Below, in pieces: positions 1 to 13,053 of a stretch of DNA of 64,000 nucleotides. The DNA is from Eledone cirrhosa. Taxonomy: Eukaryota. The position numbers and the translations under genes were made by a program. The stretch is taken from the NCBI GenBank assembly GCA_964016885.1, contig OZ024743.1, positions 193,564,001 to 193,628,000 on the forward strand, given 5' to 3'. The notes under the pieces are model-generated. The model did not search any database, was not told the origin of the DNA, and saw nothing but the letters and a program-made list of their open reading frames with translations. Position 1 is the stretch's first letter, and each line of letters starts with the position of its first letter.

Positions 1-826
1 GGAATCAGAGTGTTGTCCTCTTTTCTACTCATCAACACTTTTGTCTTAGCTAGGTTCACTCTCAGTCCTCTTGCTTCCAACTGCTGTTTCCATAGCCAGA
101 ATTTATTCTCTAGCTCCTCTACTGATTCTGCTATAAGAACCAGATCATCAGCATAGAGAAGTTCCCATGGGCAGCCTGTCTTAAACTCCTCTCTTATGGC
201 TTGGAGGACTATAATGAACAAGAGCGGGCTGAGGACCGAACCTTGATGTACTCCTACTTGTATTTGGAATTCCTCACTAAACTCCATTCCTACCCTGACT
301 TTACTGAGAGTACCTCTATACAAAGTTTGCACTGTCCTCACAAGCCATTCCTCAACACCTAGCTTCCTTAGGGACCACCAGATGACAGATCGGGGTACCC
401 TATCAAAGGCCTTCTCTAGGTCAACAAAGGCTAAGTATAGTGGTTTATTTTTCTCTAAGAACCTCTCTTGCAATTGTCTCACCAAGAAGAGGGCATCTGT
501 TGTACTCTTCCCAGGCACAAAACCAAACTGCATCTCATCTAGTTTGTCCCTTTCTCTAATTAGTTGTGCTAATATCCTTTCTGCCACTTTCATAACCTGA
601 TCCATCAGTTTTATACCTCTATAATTGCTCCTCTCCAGAGCATCCCCTTTACCTTTGTAGCAATTTATGAGAATACTGCTGCACCAGTCTTTGGGTATGA
701 CATCACCATATATAGCCTGATTGATGATGCGTGCAACCAGTTTAGTGCCTACATCCCCTGATGCCTTCAGCATCTCAGCAACTATTCCTGATGGTCCAGC
801 AGCCTTACCATTTTTCATTTCCTTAA
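1..826 (-). mobile_element. RTE-clade LINE fragment, reverse transcriptase domain (runs off window edge)
   Basis: Minus strand translates as IKEMKNGKAAGPSG...NYRGIKL...QFGFVPG...FVDLEKAFDRV...GVHQGSVLSPLLF...LLYADDLVL...VNLAKTKVL; homologous to, but diverged from, the other RTE copies here. Confidence 0.92.
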
Positions 827-1349
827 TGGGGGTGGGGGTGGGGGTAGGGGTAGTGGGACGGGGGTGTATATTTGGTTAAGAGGTGCCTACTGACTGTAGG
901 TTTCGCTTTGTACTTAGGCAAGGTGGGTCTTCTGTATTACTGCGTAGCGCCAAAGATCTCAGTCCAGTGACATTGTCTTGGAGAGGTGTAAGTGTGTGAG
1001 GTCGGAAATTATCAAGTCATCCCAGATTTTTCTGGGTCTGCCTACTCCGTAGCTACCGTCTATTTTGATCGCACTGCACTTTTTTTATACAGCTGTCTTT
1101 CATGCGCATCACGTGACCATACCAACATAGTCTTCTCTCGAGTAAACAGCATCTGATCCCTCTTATTGCTAATTTCTCACTTAGTTCATTTATGCTTTGG
1201 TGTTCGCGTATATTACTATTACACATCCAACGGAGCATGCAAGCTTCGTTCCTCTCCAGTCTGCGTAGATCCTCTGCACACATGTCTTACTGCCATGTAA
1301 CATCGCTGTTTGCATGCAGGCATCATACAGCCTGCCTTTCATTTTTCGA
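827..1349 (-). mobile_element. RTE LINE 3' fragment (C-terminal ORF plus start of 3'UTR), decayed
   Basis: [10 protein letters not shown]...[15 protein letters not shown]...WYGHVMRM motif with frameshifts; close match to 24643-25495. Confidence 0.9.
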
Positions 1350-1558
1350 TATATATATATATATATATACATCTATATATATATATATATATACATATTT
1401 ATATACATATATATATATACATATATATATACATATACATATATATATACATATATATATGCATATACATATATATATATATACATATATATATAGATAT
1501 ACATATTTATACATATACACATATACACATATATATACATATATACATATATATATAT

Positions 1559-1593
<35 letters not shown>

Positions 1594-1626
1594 CATATAT
1601 ATATACATATATACATATACATATAA

Positions 1627-1657
<31 letters not shown>

Positions 1658-1712
1658 CATACATATACATATATATACATACATATACATACATATATAT
1701 ATATACATATAC
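1350..1712. repeat. (TA)n/(TATACA)n microsatellite
   Basis: Directly visible low-complexity tract. Confidence 0.95.
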
Positions 1713-2055
1713 ATGGAGGCATATGGCTTAGTGGTTAGAGCATTAGGCTTGCAATCAAAAGGTTGTGAGTTCAATTCTCAGACCGAGTGATGTGTTGTTT
1801 CCTTGAGCCAGACACTTTATTTCACATTGCTCCAGTTTACTCAGCTGTAGAAATGAGATGATAGGGACTGGGGTCCCTATCATTCCACTGTAAAGTGGTC
1901 GTGGAGGTGCCACGGCAAAAAAGCACCCAGCACTCACTGTAAATGAGGTTGGTGTTAGGAAGGGCATCTAGCTGTAGAAATCAAGCCAGAATCAGTTCCT
2001 GTCCCACCCTTGCAAGCAGGGAAAAGTGGACGTAAAATGATGATGATGATGATGA
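1713..2055 (+). mobile_element. tRNA-derived CORE-type SINE (family S1) with RTE-derived 3' end
   Basis: A-box TGGCTTAGTGG, B-box GAGTTCAATTC, CORE-like CCTTGAGC(A/C)AGACAC...CCAGTTTACTCAGCTGTAGAAATGAG, (GAT)n tail; near-identical copies at 37311, 57634, 59999. Confidence 0.88.
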
Positions 2056-2200
2056 TATATATACATATACATATATATACATATACATACATATACATAT
2101 ATATATACATACATATACACACATATACACATATATATATACATATCCATATATATATATATATACATATATATACATGTACATATATATATATATACAG

Positions 2201-2236
<36 letters not shown>

Positions 2237-2366
2237 CAGTATATATACATATATATATATATATACATATATATATATTTATCATCATCATCATAGTTTA
2301 CATATACATATATACATATACATATATATATATATACATACATATACATCTATACATATATATATA
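2056..2366. repeat. (TA)n/(TACA)n microsatellite
   Basis: Directly visible. Confidence 0.95.
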
Positions 2367-3567
2367 TTAGGTTGTCTCACATGAAATGTCGTATTTTTAA
2401 TAAGTTTCTTTATCAGCCATTTATAATCTTAATCATCTTTTATTCCAGACAATATTACCATTCAAAATCGCTACCCACAATCCTATGACAATGTTGACCA
2501 CTGAACAATACCGAGTGGTTTTCTTGTACGAATACAAGCTGGGTTACTTGGCCTCACAAAGCCTACGAAACATTAAGCAAGCTTTTGATAACGATTCTGT
2601 TGACACCAGAACTGTCCAGAGATGGTTTCAAAGATTTCGTTCAGGAAATGAGAGCCTTAAAAATGAACCAAGAGGGAGACCCATATCAGTAATTCGCCAT
2701 GATGAATTGAATGCTTTGGTTAAACAAAATCCGAGAACAACGGTCTGAAAAATCTCATCTGAGCTCCAGACATCTCTCTCAACTGTTTCTCGACACCTGA
2801 AGAAAATTGGAAAAGTCAAAAATATGGACAGGTTTGTTCCACATCAACTTAATGAGATTCAAAGTGTGCTCAATGTTGGTTTCTCGGCTGGAAAGAGATC
2901 CATTTTTGCATCGACTCATTACGTGTGATGAGAAATGGATACTCTTCGATAACAGCAGAAGGACTGGACAGTGGTTAGATGCAGAAGAGTCACTGAAACA
3001 CTACCCGAAACCACCATTGCACCCTACCTAAGAAGTTGATGGTCACTGTATGGTGGTCTGCAAAGGGGATTATTCATTATTCATTTTTGCAACAAGGCAA
3101 TACTGTAACAGCAACATCATATTGTCAGGAAATTGATCGTATGCATGAAAAATTGAAGAAGAAGCATACCAGACTAGTGAATAGAGATGGCCCAATTTTG
3201 CTTCACAATAATGCACGGCCTCACACCTCTGAAGCTATGGTCCACAAGTTGCAAAGTCTGAATTATGAAATTTTGTAACATTCTCCCTATTCTCCTGATA
3301 TCTCTCCTACTCATTATCACTTATTTAAGCATTTTGAGCTTTTTATACGCAATAAAACATTATTAAATAGAGAAGAGGTAATTGAAGCATTCGGACAGTT
3401 TATCAGTACAAAAGATGATAAATTCTTTGAAGATGGAATATATGCCTTAGAGGAACGTTGGGGGAAGGTCATATGTAAAGGAGGAACATATTTTGAATAA
3501 ATTAAACACTTATAAACAATTTTATTCTTTCCATTTCAAATACAACATTTCATGTGAGACAACCTAA
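2367..3567 (+). mobile_element. mariner DNA transposon, near full length, inactive
   Basis: About 30-bp TIRs TTAGGTTGTCTCACATGAAATG / CATTTCATGTGAGACAACCTAA with TA flanks; transposase remnants (TVQRWFQRFRSG, TCDEKW, LLHNNARPH, YSPDISP) broken by stops and frameshifts. Confidence 0.95.
2485..3500 (+). pseudogene. mariner transposase pseudogene
   Basis: Split across ORFs 2485-2748, 2807-3031, 3036-3278; second and third catalytic Asp appear mutated (HNNARPH; SPTHYH). Confidence 0.9.
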
Positions 3568-3602
3568 TATATATATATACATAAATACATATATATATAT
3601 AT

Positions 3603-6600
3603 ATCATCATCATCATCATCAACGTTTAACGTCCGTGTTCCACGCTTGCATGGGTTTGGACGGGGATTTTCCCACTTGAGGCAAGAGTGATTGTCTTGCT
3701 CGCATAGGACTGTCTGGCAGGTTTTCTACAGTTTACAGTGTGGGTCTGGGAGGTTTTTACCGTGTTGCCTACACGGCCACATTACAGCGTGGACTGTGTG
3801 TTTTTTTGTCGTGACACCTACACGATCTCATTTGTTTCGGCCTGGATGGTGTGGCACCAACATAACTTTACATAGAAGGGGGCGGTGTGGATGGGGTGGG
3901 GGTGGTGGGACAGGGGTGTATTTTGTTAGAGATGCCTACTGACTGTAGAAGGTTTTACTATGTATTTAAATAAGGCGGGTCTTCTCTATTACTGAGTACC
4001 GCCAAAGGTCTCGGTCCAGTGACATTGTCTTGGAGAGGTGTAAGTGTGTGAGGTCGGAGTTTATCAGCTCGTCCCAGGTTTTTCTAGGTCTGCCTATTCC
4101 GTGGCTACCGTCTATCTTTATTGCCCTGCACTTTGTTATACAGCTATCGACTTTCATGCGCATCACGTGTCCATACCAACGTAGCCTTCTCTCGAGTAAA
4201 CAACATCTGATCCCTCTTATTTCTAATTTTTTCCTTAGTTCGTTTATGCTTTGCCGTTCACGTATATTACTATTACACATCCAGCGGAGCATGCAAGCTT
4301 CGTTCCTCTCTAGTCTGCGTATATCCTCTGCACACAATGCCCAGGTCTCACTGCCATGCAACATTGCTGTTCGTATGCAGGCATCATACAACCTGCCTTT
4401 CGTTTTTAGGGAGAACCCTTTAGCGGCTAATAGTGGTATAAGCTCCTGAACTTTTTCCATCCAGTTCTGACTCTAGCTACTGTACTTTCAGAGCACCCTC
4501 CCCCACTGCTGATTTTGTCACCCAGGTAACGGAAGCTGTCCACTATTTCTATAGAGCCCTCTGCGCAGTTGAAAGAGCTAGTATTTTGTGGGCACTTGCT
4601 GCTACTTATTGCACTAGAGCACCGGCCACATGTGAAATCTATGTTCTTAGTTAGCTTACCTGTGATCCCACTACATCTTTTATGCACCCATACTTTGCAT
4701 TTCTGACACAAAATGGAGTTTCTACCTACGCCTTTCCTACACACTGAGCATGGCCACTTCCCGGAAGGGACCGCCGCCTTATTTTCTTTCCTACAAACTA
4801 GAACTTTTGTTTTAGCCAGATTAATTTTAAGGCCTTTTGATTCTAGGCCGTGCTTCCATGTTTGGAATTTCTTCTCTAGCTCGGCCATTGATTCAGCTAT
4901 GAGTGTTAGGTCGTCTGCGTATAGGAGTTCCCATGGGCAGCCGGTCTTGAACTCCTCTGTTATAGCCTGAAGGGCAATAATAAATAGTAGGGGGCTGAGA
5001 ACAGAGCCCTGATGGACGCCAACTTTTACGCTAAACTCTTCACTATATTCGTTGTTAATTCTAACCTTGCTGACTGTTTCTTTATACATGGCTTGTATAG
5101 CTCTCACAAGCCATTCGTCGACACCTAGTTTTCTAAGGGCCCACCAGATAATGGAACGGGGGACTCTGTCGAAGGCTTTCTCCAAGTCGACAAAAGCTAA
5201 GTAGAGGGGTTTACTTTTAGCTAGGTACTTCTCCTGTAGTTGTCGTACAATGAAAAGAGCGTCTGTGGTACTTTTGCCTGACACAAACCTGAACTGTATT
5301 TCATCTAGGTCAATTCTCTCTCTGATTAGTTGCGCTATTACTTTTTCCGTGACCTTCATGACCTGGTCGATTAATTTAATGCCTCTATAGTTACTCCTAT
5401 CTAGGGCATCTCCTTTACCCTTATAACAGTTAACGATGATGCTGCTATGCCAGTCCTTCGGAACAACCCCATTCTGTATGACTTGGTTAACTATCCGGGT
5501 GACCATGGTGTGTCCCACCGTGCCAGATGCCTTCAGCATCTCAGCAACTATTTCCGAAGGCCCAGCCGCCTTACCCGTCTTCATATCCTTGATTGCCTTA
5601 CTTATTATACTACCCTCGACTAACACTGCTGGTCCCTCTATTGGGTCGATGTGGGGGAGACTGTCTTTCTCCCATTTATTCTCCTCATTTAGTAGCCTTT
5701 CATAGTGACACTTCCAAGCTACGTTCTTATCAGCGTCGGTGATGGCAAAGTACGCCGTCATCATTAAGTACACACTTCTCCCCGACAATATCACGGTTTT
5801 CCTTGACACATTGCCTAGCAATCCTGAACACCTCACGTTTTTGGTCCTCGCGTTGTAGAACATGCTTGAACTTTCTTTCCTCTGCTTCCCTTCTTGCGAA
5901 GTACACTTGTCTCCTAGCTTCCCTCCTGGCCACTTGATAGTCTTCTCTACTTCCCCCATCCCGCCATACTTTCCAAGCCTGCTTTTTGGACTTAATTGAC
6001 CCCTCCACCTTACTGTTCCACCACCATGTTACTCCCCTCCTGCCTACAGGCCTGCTCCAAACACAGACTTCGTCTGCCGCCATCAGCAGGTTTGCTTTCA
6101 GGAATTCCCACTGTCCCTCTATATTGTCTGACTCTAAATGCTCTTCCTTACTGTCGAAAGCATCAAGTAATATGCTTTGGAATTTATTTCTGGCTGTGGG
6201 GTCCTTTAGCTTCCATATTTTTCTCCTGAGGATAGTCCTCTTCTGCTGTCGAGTACGTCTTGTCCTGACTATCAGGTCGCTAATTATCAGTCTATGTTGG
6301 GAGGTGCATTCTTCATGGGGGAGGGATTTAGTGTTTACAACAGTCACTCTGTCACATCTTCTGGTAAGGATATAATCTACCTGGCTTGTGTGTTCCCCGG
6401 ATCTATAGGTGATCAGGTGATTTGTCACGTTTTTTGAAGTTAGTGTTACAGATAGTTAGGTTATTTGCGTCACAGAATTCCAGGATTCTGGAGACTTCCT
6501 CATTTCTAGTATCAAACCCATAGCCTCCATGGATTTCGTCATAGCTGTCACAATGTTGTCCAACGTGACCATTTAGGTCACCTGTAATAATTAAATAGTC

Positions 6601-6670
6601 ACTGTCAGTTATTTGGGAGGTAGTGAGCATCAGTGTCTCATAGAATCTGTCTTTTATAGTGCCGGGCAGA
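3603..6670 (-). mobile_element. RTE LINE, subfamily A, 5'-truncated within the AP endonuclease, frameshifted
   Basis: IITGDLNGHVG and SQVDYIL endonuclease motifs, RT with YADD, Cys-rich finger, C-terminal GRPRKTW, 3'UTR and (GAT)n tail. Confidence 0.95.
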
Positions 6671-6743
6671 TATATATATATGTATATATAAACAGAGGCT
6701 TGTTTGTATAATTGTAAACGAATCGAATATCATTATTGATATT

Positions 6744-6810
6744 CAAAAAGTACCAGTAATACACTGGAATAATTGCTGGCCTTGTGCCAAAAGTAGAAAC
6801 AATTATTAAT
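6744..6810 (+). mobile_element. 3' fragment of SINE family S2
   Basis: AGTACCAGTAATACACTGG...GGCCTTGTGCCAAAAGTAGAAACAATTATT matches the S2 3' end. Confidence 0.8.
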
Positions 6811-6871
6811 ATTCGAAAAACTTAGATTACATTTATATATATATTTATTATATAATATTATATATATAATT

Positions 6872-9174
6872 AAAAAATCCCGACAACCACCTGATCACCT
6901 ATAGATCAGGGGAGCATTCTAGTCAGATAGATTTTATCCTCATCAGCGGACGTGACAGATGGACGGTCGTAAACACAAAAGCCTTCCCTAGTGATGAATG
7001 TACCCCCCCAACATAGCTTAGTTGTCAGCAACCTCACTGTCAGAACTAGACAAACCTAGAAACAGAAGCCAACCTGGAGAAGAAAGATCTGGAAGCTGAA
7101 AGACCCCTCAGCCAGTAACAGATTTAAAGATATTTTACTCAACGCCTATGACAGTAAAGAAGAACAGATTAAGACATTCAATGTAGAAGAGCACTGGGAG
7201 TTCCTAAAAATTAACTTACTAAAGGCGACGGATGAGATCTGTGGCTGGAGTAAGACCACAGGCAGGAGGAGAGTGACTTGGTGGTGGAACAATAAGGTAG
7301 ATGAGGCAGTTAATGCCAAGAGATAGGCATGGAAAGAATGGAAGAACGGGGGAAGCAGGGTACATTACATAAAGACCAGGAGGGAAGCTAGGCGACAAGT
7401 ATACTTAGCTAGGAGGGAAGGAGAGGATAGAAAATTCAAGCATGTTTTGCAACGTGAGGACCAGAAACAGGAGGTGTTCAAGATTGCGAGGCAGTGTGTC
7501 AGAGAGAATTGTGATGTCATTGGAGACAAGTGTATCCGGAATGATAAAGGTGAGCTTGCCTTCATAAGAGGCACCACTGATGCCCTCTTCCTTGTGAGGC
7601 AGTTACAGGAAACGTACCTAGCTAAAAGTAAGCCACTCTACCTGGCATTCGTCGATCTCGAAAAAGCCTTTGACAGAGTTCCACGTGCTATAATCTGGTG
7701 GGCTCTTAGAAAACTAGGAGTAGATGAATGGCTTGTGAAAGCTGTACAAGCCATGTATAGGGGAGCAGTCAGCAAAGTTAGGATTAGCAATGAATTTAGC
7801 AAGGAATTTAGCATACAGGTCGGTGTCCAACAGGGCTCTGTTCTTAGCCCTCTCCTGTTTATCATAGTCCTGCAGGCAATAACGGAGGAATTTAAGACTG
7901 GATGCCCATGGGAACTCCTGTATGCAGATGACCTCGCACTTATAGCTGAATCTATGGTAGAACTAGAGAAGAAATTCCAAACTTGGAATCAGGGACTAGA
8001 AAGAAAGGGTCCCAAAGTCAACATGACAAAGACTAAGGTCCTTGTAAGTAGATGAGAAAACAGAACTCAGATCCCCTCAGGGAAACGGCCTTGCTCAGTA
8101 TGTAGGAACTCCATTCTCTGCCCCAAATGCAAACAATGGGTACACAAGAGATGTAGTGGGATCTTAGGAAGCTTAATTAAGAATGTAGGCTTCACATGCA
8201 GCAGCTGTGCTGGGACAGCAAGCAGCAAACAGCCACAGGAAACAAGTACCACCAAACTCCGGGAGGGCTCTGTAGAAACAGTAGACAGCTTCTGCTACCT
8301 AGGTGACCGAATTAGCAGCGGAGGTGGGTATTTGGAAAGTACAATAACTAAGGTAAGAACGGGATGGAAGAAGTCCAGGGAACTACTGCCACTGCTAGCT
8401 GCAAAAGGCTTTTCTCTCAAAATGAAAGGCAGACTGTATGATGCATGTATACGAACAGCAATGTTACATGGTAGTGAGACCTGGGCGCTGTCTCTGGAAG
8501 ACTTGCATAGATTAGAAAGAAACAAAACCTACATGCTCCGATGGATGTGTAATAGTAATATACGCAAATGGCAAAGCATAAATGAATTGAGAGAGAGACT
8601 GAGTATAAGAGGAATCAAATGCTGTGTGCAGGAGAGGCGGTTGCATTGGTATGGACATGTGATGCGTATGAAGGATGACTGCTGCATAAAAAGGTGCAGA
8701 GCACTAGAAATCGATGGAAACCGCGGAGTGGGGAGACCCAAGAAGACCTGGGATGAGGTGATAAAAGCCGACCTCATCCAATTACACCTCTCAAAGGCGA
8801 TGGATGACACACGACCGTGATCTCTGGCGTCATGCAGTAATACAGAAGACTCGACTCCCATGGGTAAAAGCCGAAGCTGAAGCATATATACAATATGCCA
8901 CCCACCCCCTCCCACTGAAAAGTGGTCGGGGAGGCGCCACGGAAAAAAAGCACCCAGCCCACACTGTAAAGTGGACGTGTAGGCGCCACGGAAAAAAAGC
9001 ACCCACCACTCACTATAAATGAGGTTTGTGTTAGGAAGGGCATCCAGCTGTAGAAATCAAGCCAGAATCAGTTTCTGTATGAGCAAGACAAGGTCAGCCG
9101 ACCGGACACTGCCCACAACAGGACAACCCGTCTAACCCATGCTAAAACGGTGATGATGATGATGATGATGATGA

Positions 9175-9176
<2 letters not shown>
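6872..9176 (+). mobile_element. RTE LINE, subfamily B, 5'-truncated, internal deletion near 7563
   Basis: SQIDFIL, RT motifs (ORF 7447-8055), premature TGA, C-terminal ORF 8332-8820, 3'UTR and (GAT)n tail. Confidence 0.94.
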
Positions 9177-9240
<64 letters not shown>

Positions 9241-9505
9241 TACACCCACACACACACACTAGAGTCAACACAATAACAGATTAGTATCAACAAAGTTCCT
9301 GCTGCCATAGAAAACAGAACATCCTTGTATTGTTATAAACATCAAGAATAATTCAATTTTGAGCAGTTATTAAATAGATAATTAAGAGGTAATTAGCAAA
9401 ATATATGTAAAAATAGTGCAACATAACATCTTATCAACTTAGTATGTTGCCTAATTGGTTGTATTAACATAAAACCAGAAGTCCCCAATTAGAAGTTTAC
9501 TGCTT

Positions 9506-9506
9506 A

Positions 9507-9546
<40 letters not shown>

Positions 9547-9562
9547 AATAAAATAAATAAAT
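9506..9562. repeat. (TAAA)n microsatellite
   Basis: Directly visible. Confidence 0.9.
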
Positions 9563-9947
9563 ATATGAAATAAATGAATATATGAAACAAAGTAAAAGAA
9601 TTAATTATTAAAATCCAATAAACTGTTGGATTGGATTCTGAATTCTAGAAAATTCTGCCTCATATAATTAAGAGATACAAGATCTCATAAAAGAAATAAA
9701 ATATAATCTAAACAAGTTTGCCATTAGCAAATACAGAATCTAAAAAAAATAGTTTTGGTACAACATATCTAAAACTTAATTTCAAAAATCCCACCAGCTC
9801 TTTTAAACTAGATGCTAGAACAGTTCATAGAATTGAGAAATTTAATGATATTTAAACGAAAAATATAGTAAAGATATAATATATGTTTCCATGTACGTAT
9901 GTGTATATATACATACATATATATATATATCTATATATATATATATA

Positions 9948-10032
<85 letters not shown>

Positions 10033-10835
10033 ACATGTGTATATAACAACTGTAATAATTAACTGAATGTTAATAAGATTATTTCAAATAATGAAATACA
10101 TAAATGACCCTGGATTTCATTAAGTATTTAATTAAATAGTCAAAAAGACATAAACAAAAACAAAAAACAGTCCTACCAAAAAGGAAACAAACTTTAATTT
10201 GCTTATTTATTTGTATGAAAATAATAGAAAATCAAATGAAAATTTAAAGTTATGGTGAGAATTACAAAGGTCAATAGCACGTGTTGAAAATATCTTACAA
10301 ATAAATTGTTTGTTTTGATTGTAATTGAATTTAAGCTTGAATGTTTCTTAACTAGGTTTCAATTTAGAGTTTTTCGCCAAATTCAGATAATACGATGTAG
10401 CAAAGATTTAATTAACCTGATTTCTCTCCTTATATTTATCAATTCAAACTTGTATTTTCATTGAATTTTTTTCTGCTATTTCATGAATACCAAATAAATG
10501 TGAAATAAACCAATAGTTTATAGAAAAGAAGCACAACAGACAACATTAAGATTGTGACAGCTAATTCTTTATTTTTTCCTATCTGCCTTTAGATAAGAAT
10601 GAGAATAGCTGCATATCAAATATACATGTTTTTGTTTTTTTTGTATCTAGATTTATTCAGTTTGGTTTCTGTATTTTTTAAGAATGAAGTTGGACACCTC
10701 TTATAGAAAATTCAGATTAATATAAGAATGTAAACCAATAGCATCGTAATTTTCTGAAATTTTCACAGAATTACAATGATGATAATTTCTTTTGTCTTAA
10801 GGATATGATGTCAAAATCCAAGAAAAAGAAAAAAA

Positions 10836-11190
10836 ATGTTTCTTGTTTTGGCACAAGGCCAGCAATTATCCCAGTGCATTACTGGTACTTTATTTTATCG
10901 ATCCTGTAAGGATGAAAGGCAAAGTTGACTTCGGCGAGATTTGAACCCAGATCGCAAAGGGCCAATCCACAATAATAATAATTTCTAGTATAGGCACAAG
11001 GCCAGTAATTTGGGGTGAGGGGAAAGTCGATTAAATCGACCCCAGTGCATTACTGGTGCTTTATTTTATCGACCCTGTAAGGATGAAAGGCAAAGTGAAC
11101 CTCGGTGGGATTTGAACTCAGACCGCAAAGGGCCGTAAGTCTATGCTGCAAAGCATGGCGTCCGACCCTCTATCGATATGGCCAATCATG
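10836..11190 (-). mobile_element. Two tandem SINE S2 copies (short and long variants)
   Basis: Reverse complement has B-box G(A/G)GTTCAAATC(C/T), core GACTTTGCCTTTCATCCTTAC(A/G)GGGTCGATAAAATAA, (ATT)n tail. Confidence 0.85.
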
Positions 11191-11600
11191 AAATGTGATG
11201 AAATATTGTGAAATCCATATATCAACTGCATCAGTAGTTCAACAACATTTCCAACTTGAATAACCAAATTTATATCTGAAAGCTGAGACTCACATGAAGA
11301 AGCTTCATTTTCCCCCAAATGATATCTTAATGACTTGGTAAGGAGGTACATATTTTAACAATCTGATATTGAATATTTTACAAAGTATAGCAAATGGAAT
11401 CTCAAAATATGGTAGTTTTATAAAGTAGGCCTTTCAGAATGGGGTATGAAATATCACAAGACATAACAAATAATGACAGTTATAATTTGATTTCCAAAAC
11501 CAGCATTGCTGGAATTGAGGAGGATAAGAAATCTGAGATCAGATCTGATATACAATAGAACCAATTACTGATATATATATATATATATATACACACACAC

Positions 11601-11650
11601 TAAACCCATGCTAGCGTGGAAGATAGACGTTAAACGATGATGATGATGAT
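11601..11650 (+). mobile_element. Ultra-short RTE 3'-end insertion (terminal hairpin plus (GAT)n) within (TA)n
   Basis: AACCCATGCTAGCGTGGAAGATAGACGTTAAACGATGATG matches RTE 3' termini at 25440-25495 and 59920-59975. Confidence 0.75.
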
Positions 11651-11654
11651 ATAT

Positions 11655-11685
<31 letters not shown>

Positions 11686-11803
11686 CACACACACATATAT
11701 ATATATATATACACACATATATATATATATATACACACATACAACATATATATATATATACACATATATATACACACACACACATATATACATACATATA
11801 TAT

Positions 11804-11862
<59 letters not shown>

Positions 11863-13053
11863 TTTCTTATATAAAAGATCTGTTATATGATAAAAACACT
11901 GATATATTAAAAATCCCTTATATGATATAAACAATGAGATATTATAGACCTGCTCTATGATAAAAATACTTATATAAAATGTTGAATTAAAAAAACAACA
12001 AAAACCAACCAACAAACAAACAGAATATCACAAAACCAAAGAATGATATGTAAAATTTATAAATATAGTTGCCACAAAACAGATAACTAAAATAATAGTT
12101 GAATAAGTTGGGTAAAGTACTCCTGGGGTGGATAAAAATTGAACAGAGACATTTGCAGAGAAAATGTAAAATGTTTGAGACAGTGTCAGCTGGAAGTAAG
12201 AGATTATGAGATCAAACCCAATTGATGTCAAGACTTTAGGAAAATTGAATAGAGAAGAGTATGAGGATGCTATGAGGGTTTAATACAAACAAGTAAAAGG
12301 TAAAAAGACAGATGAGCAGGGTAAATAAAGTGGGTGGGAGACAGATCAAAAAGAGAAGGACAAAGAGAAATTCATACACGGTCTGTACAAATTAGAAAGA
12401 ACAAAGCCTGTTAACTGGAAGTAAAACAGATAAACAAGATCACAGATTTTCACCTGAAAGTTTCAATAGTTATATCCAAAAATTTCAAGTCTATAATAAG
12501 ATAATTCTTCAGGTGTGGTATTTCATTTATTTGACGTCAAAACATCAAAATGAAGTCAGGGTTAATTTGATTTCATGAATGACAGCACATAAGGTTCTGA
12601 AAATGACTTGGTGAGCTATTTACACAGCCATGGGTGAAGTTTAAGGTCAACAAGTTGCATATTTATGAAGGAGATGGAAGGCAAGGGAAAAGACAGATAA
12701 ATGATTAGCTTATAGGGGCTGTTATATGCACCCTGAAAGAACCCAGGCAGATGGTATAACAACGTGTTATGTGATAAACATATGGCTAAGGATTTACTGA
12801 CATCTTGCAATGAATTAGCAGAGAACATTTAAAAATGGGTTTTTGTTAATTCTAAAGTTTATAACATCTTTATTAGACAGATCAATATGAAAGTTTGTAG
12901 TATGAGTATAAAGACTTGAATTTTTAATATGATGCTGTCGTTCTGTTATATTCTTTTCAAGAATGTATTGCTAATGCTATTATTTCATGTGGTACAGCAT
13001 GTTAAGTGTTAACCAGAATCCCACATACAGGAGAATGCCTGAGTATGATAAAT

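Noticed and set aside
1715-1790. tRNA gene candidates (also 37311, 57634, 59999 and the S2 heads)
   Set aside because: A and B boxes are present but continue into SINE bodies and tails; these are SINE heads, not standalone tRNA genes
1190-2384. YI/IY-rich ORFs here and at many other loci
   Set aside because: Translations of (TA)n/(CA)n microsatellites
4030-6375. Antisense ORFs over the RTE copies
   Set aside because: Shadow frames of RT coding sequence with no independent support
11118-11351. 77-aa minus-strand ORF as a next cadherin exon
   Set aside because: No cadherin motifs or convincing splice sites, and it overlaps a SINE
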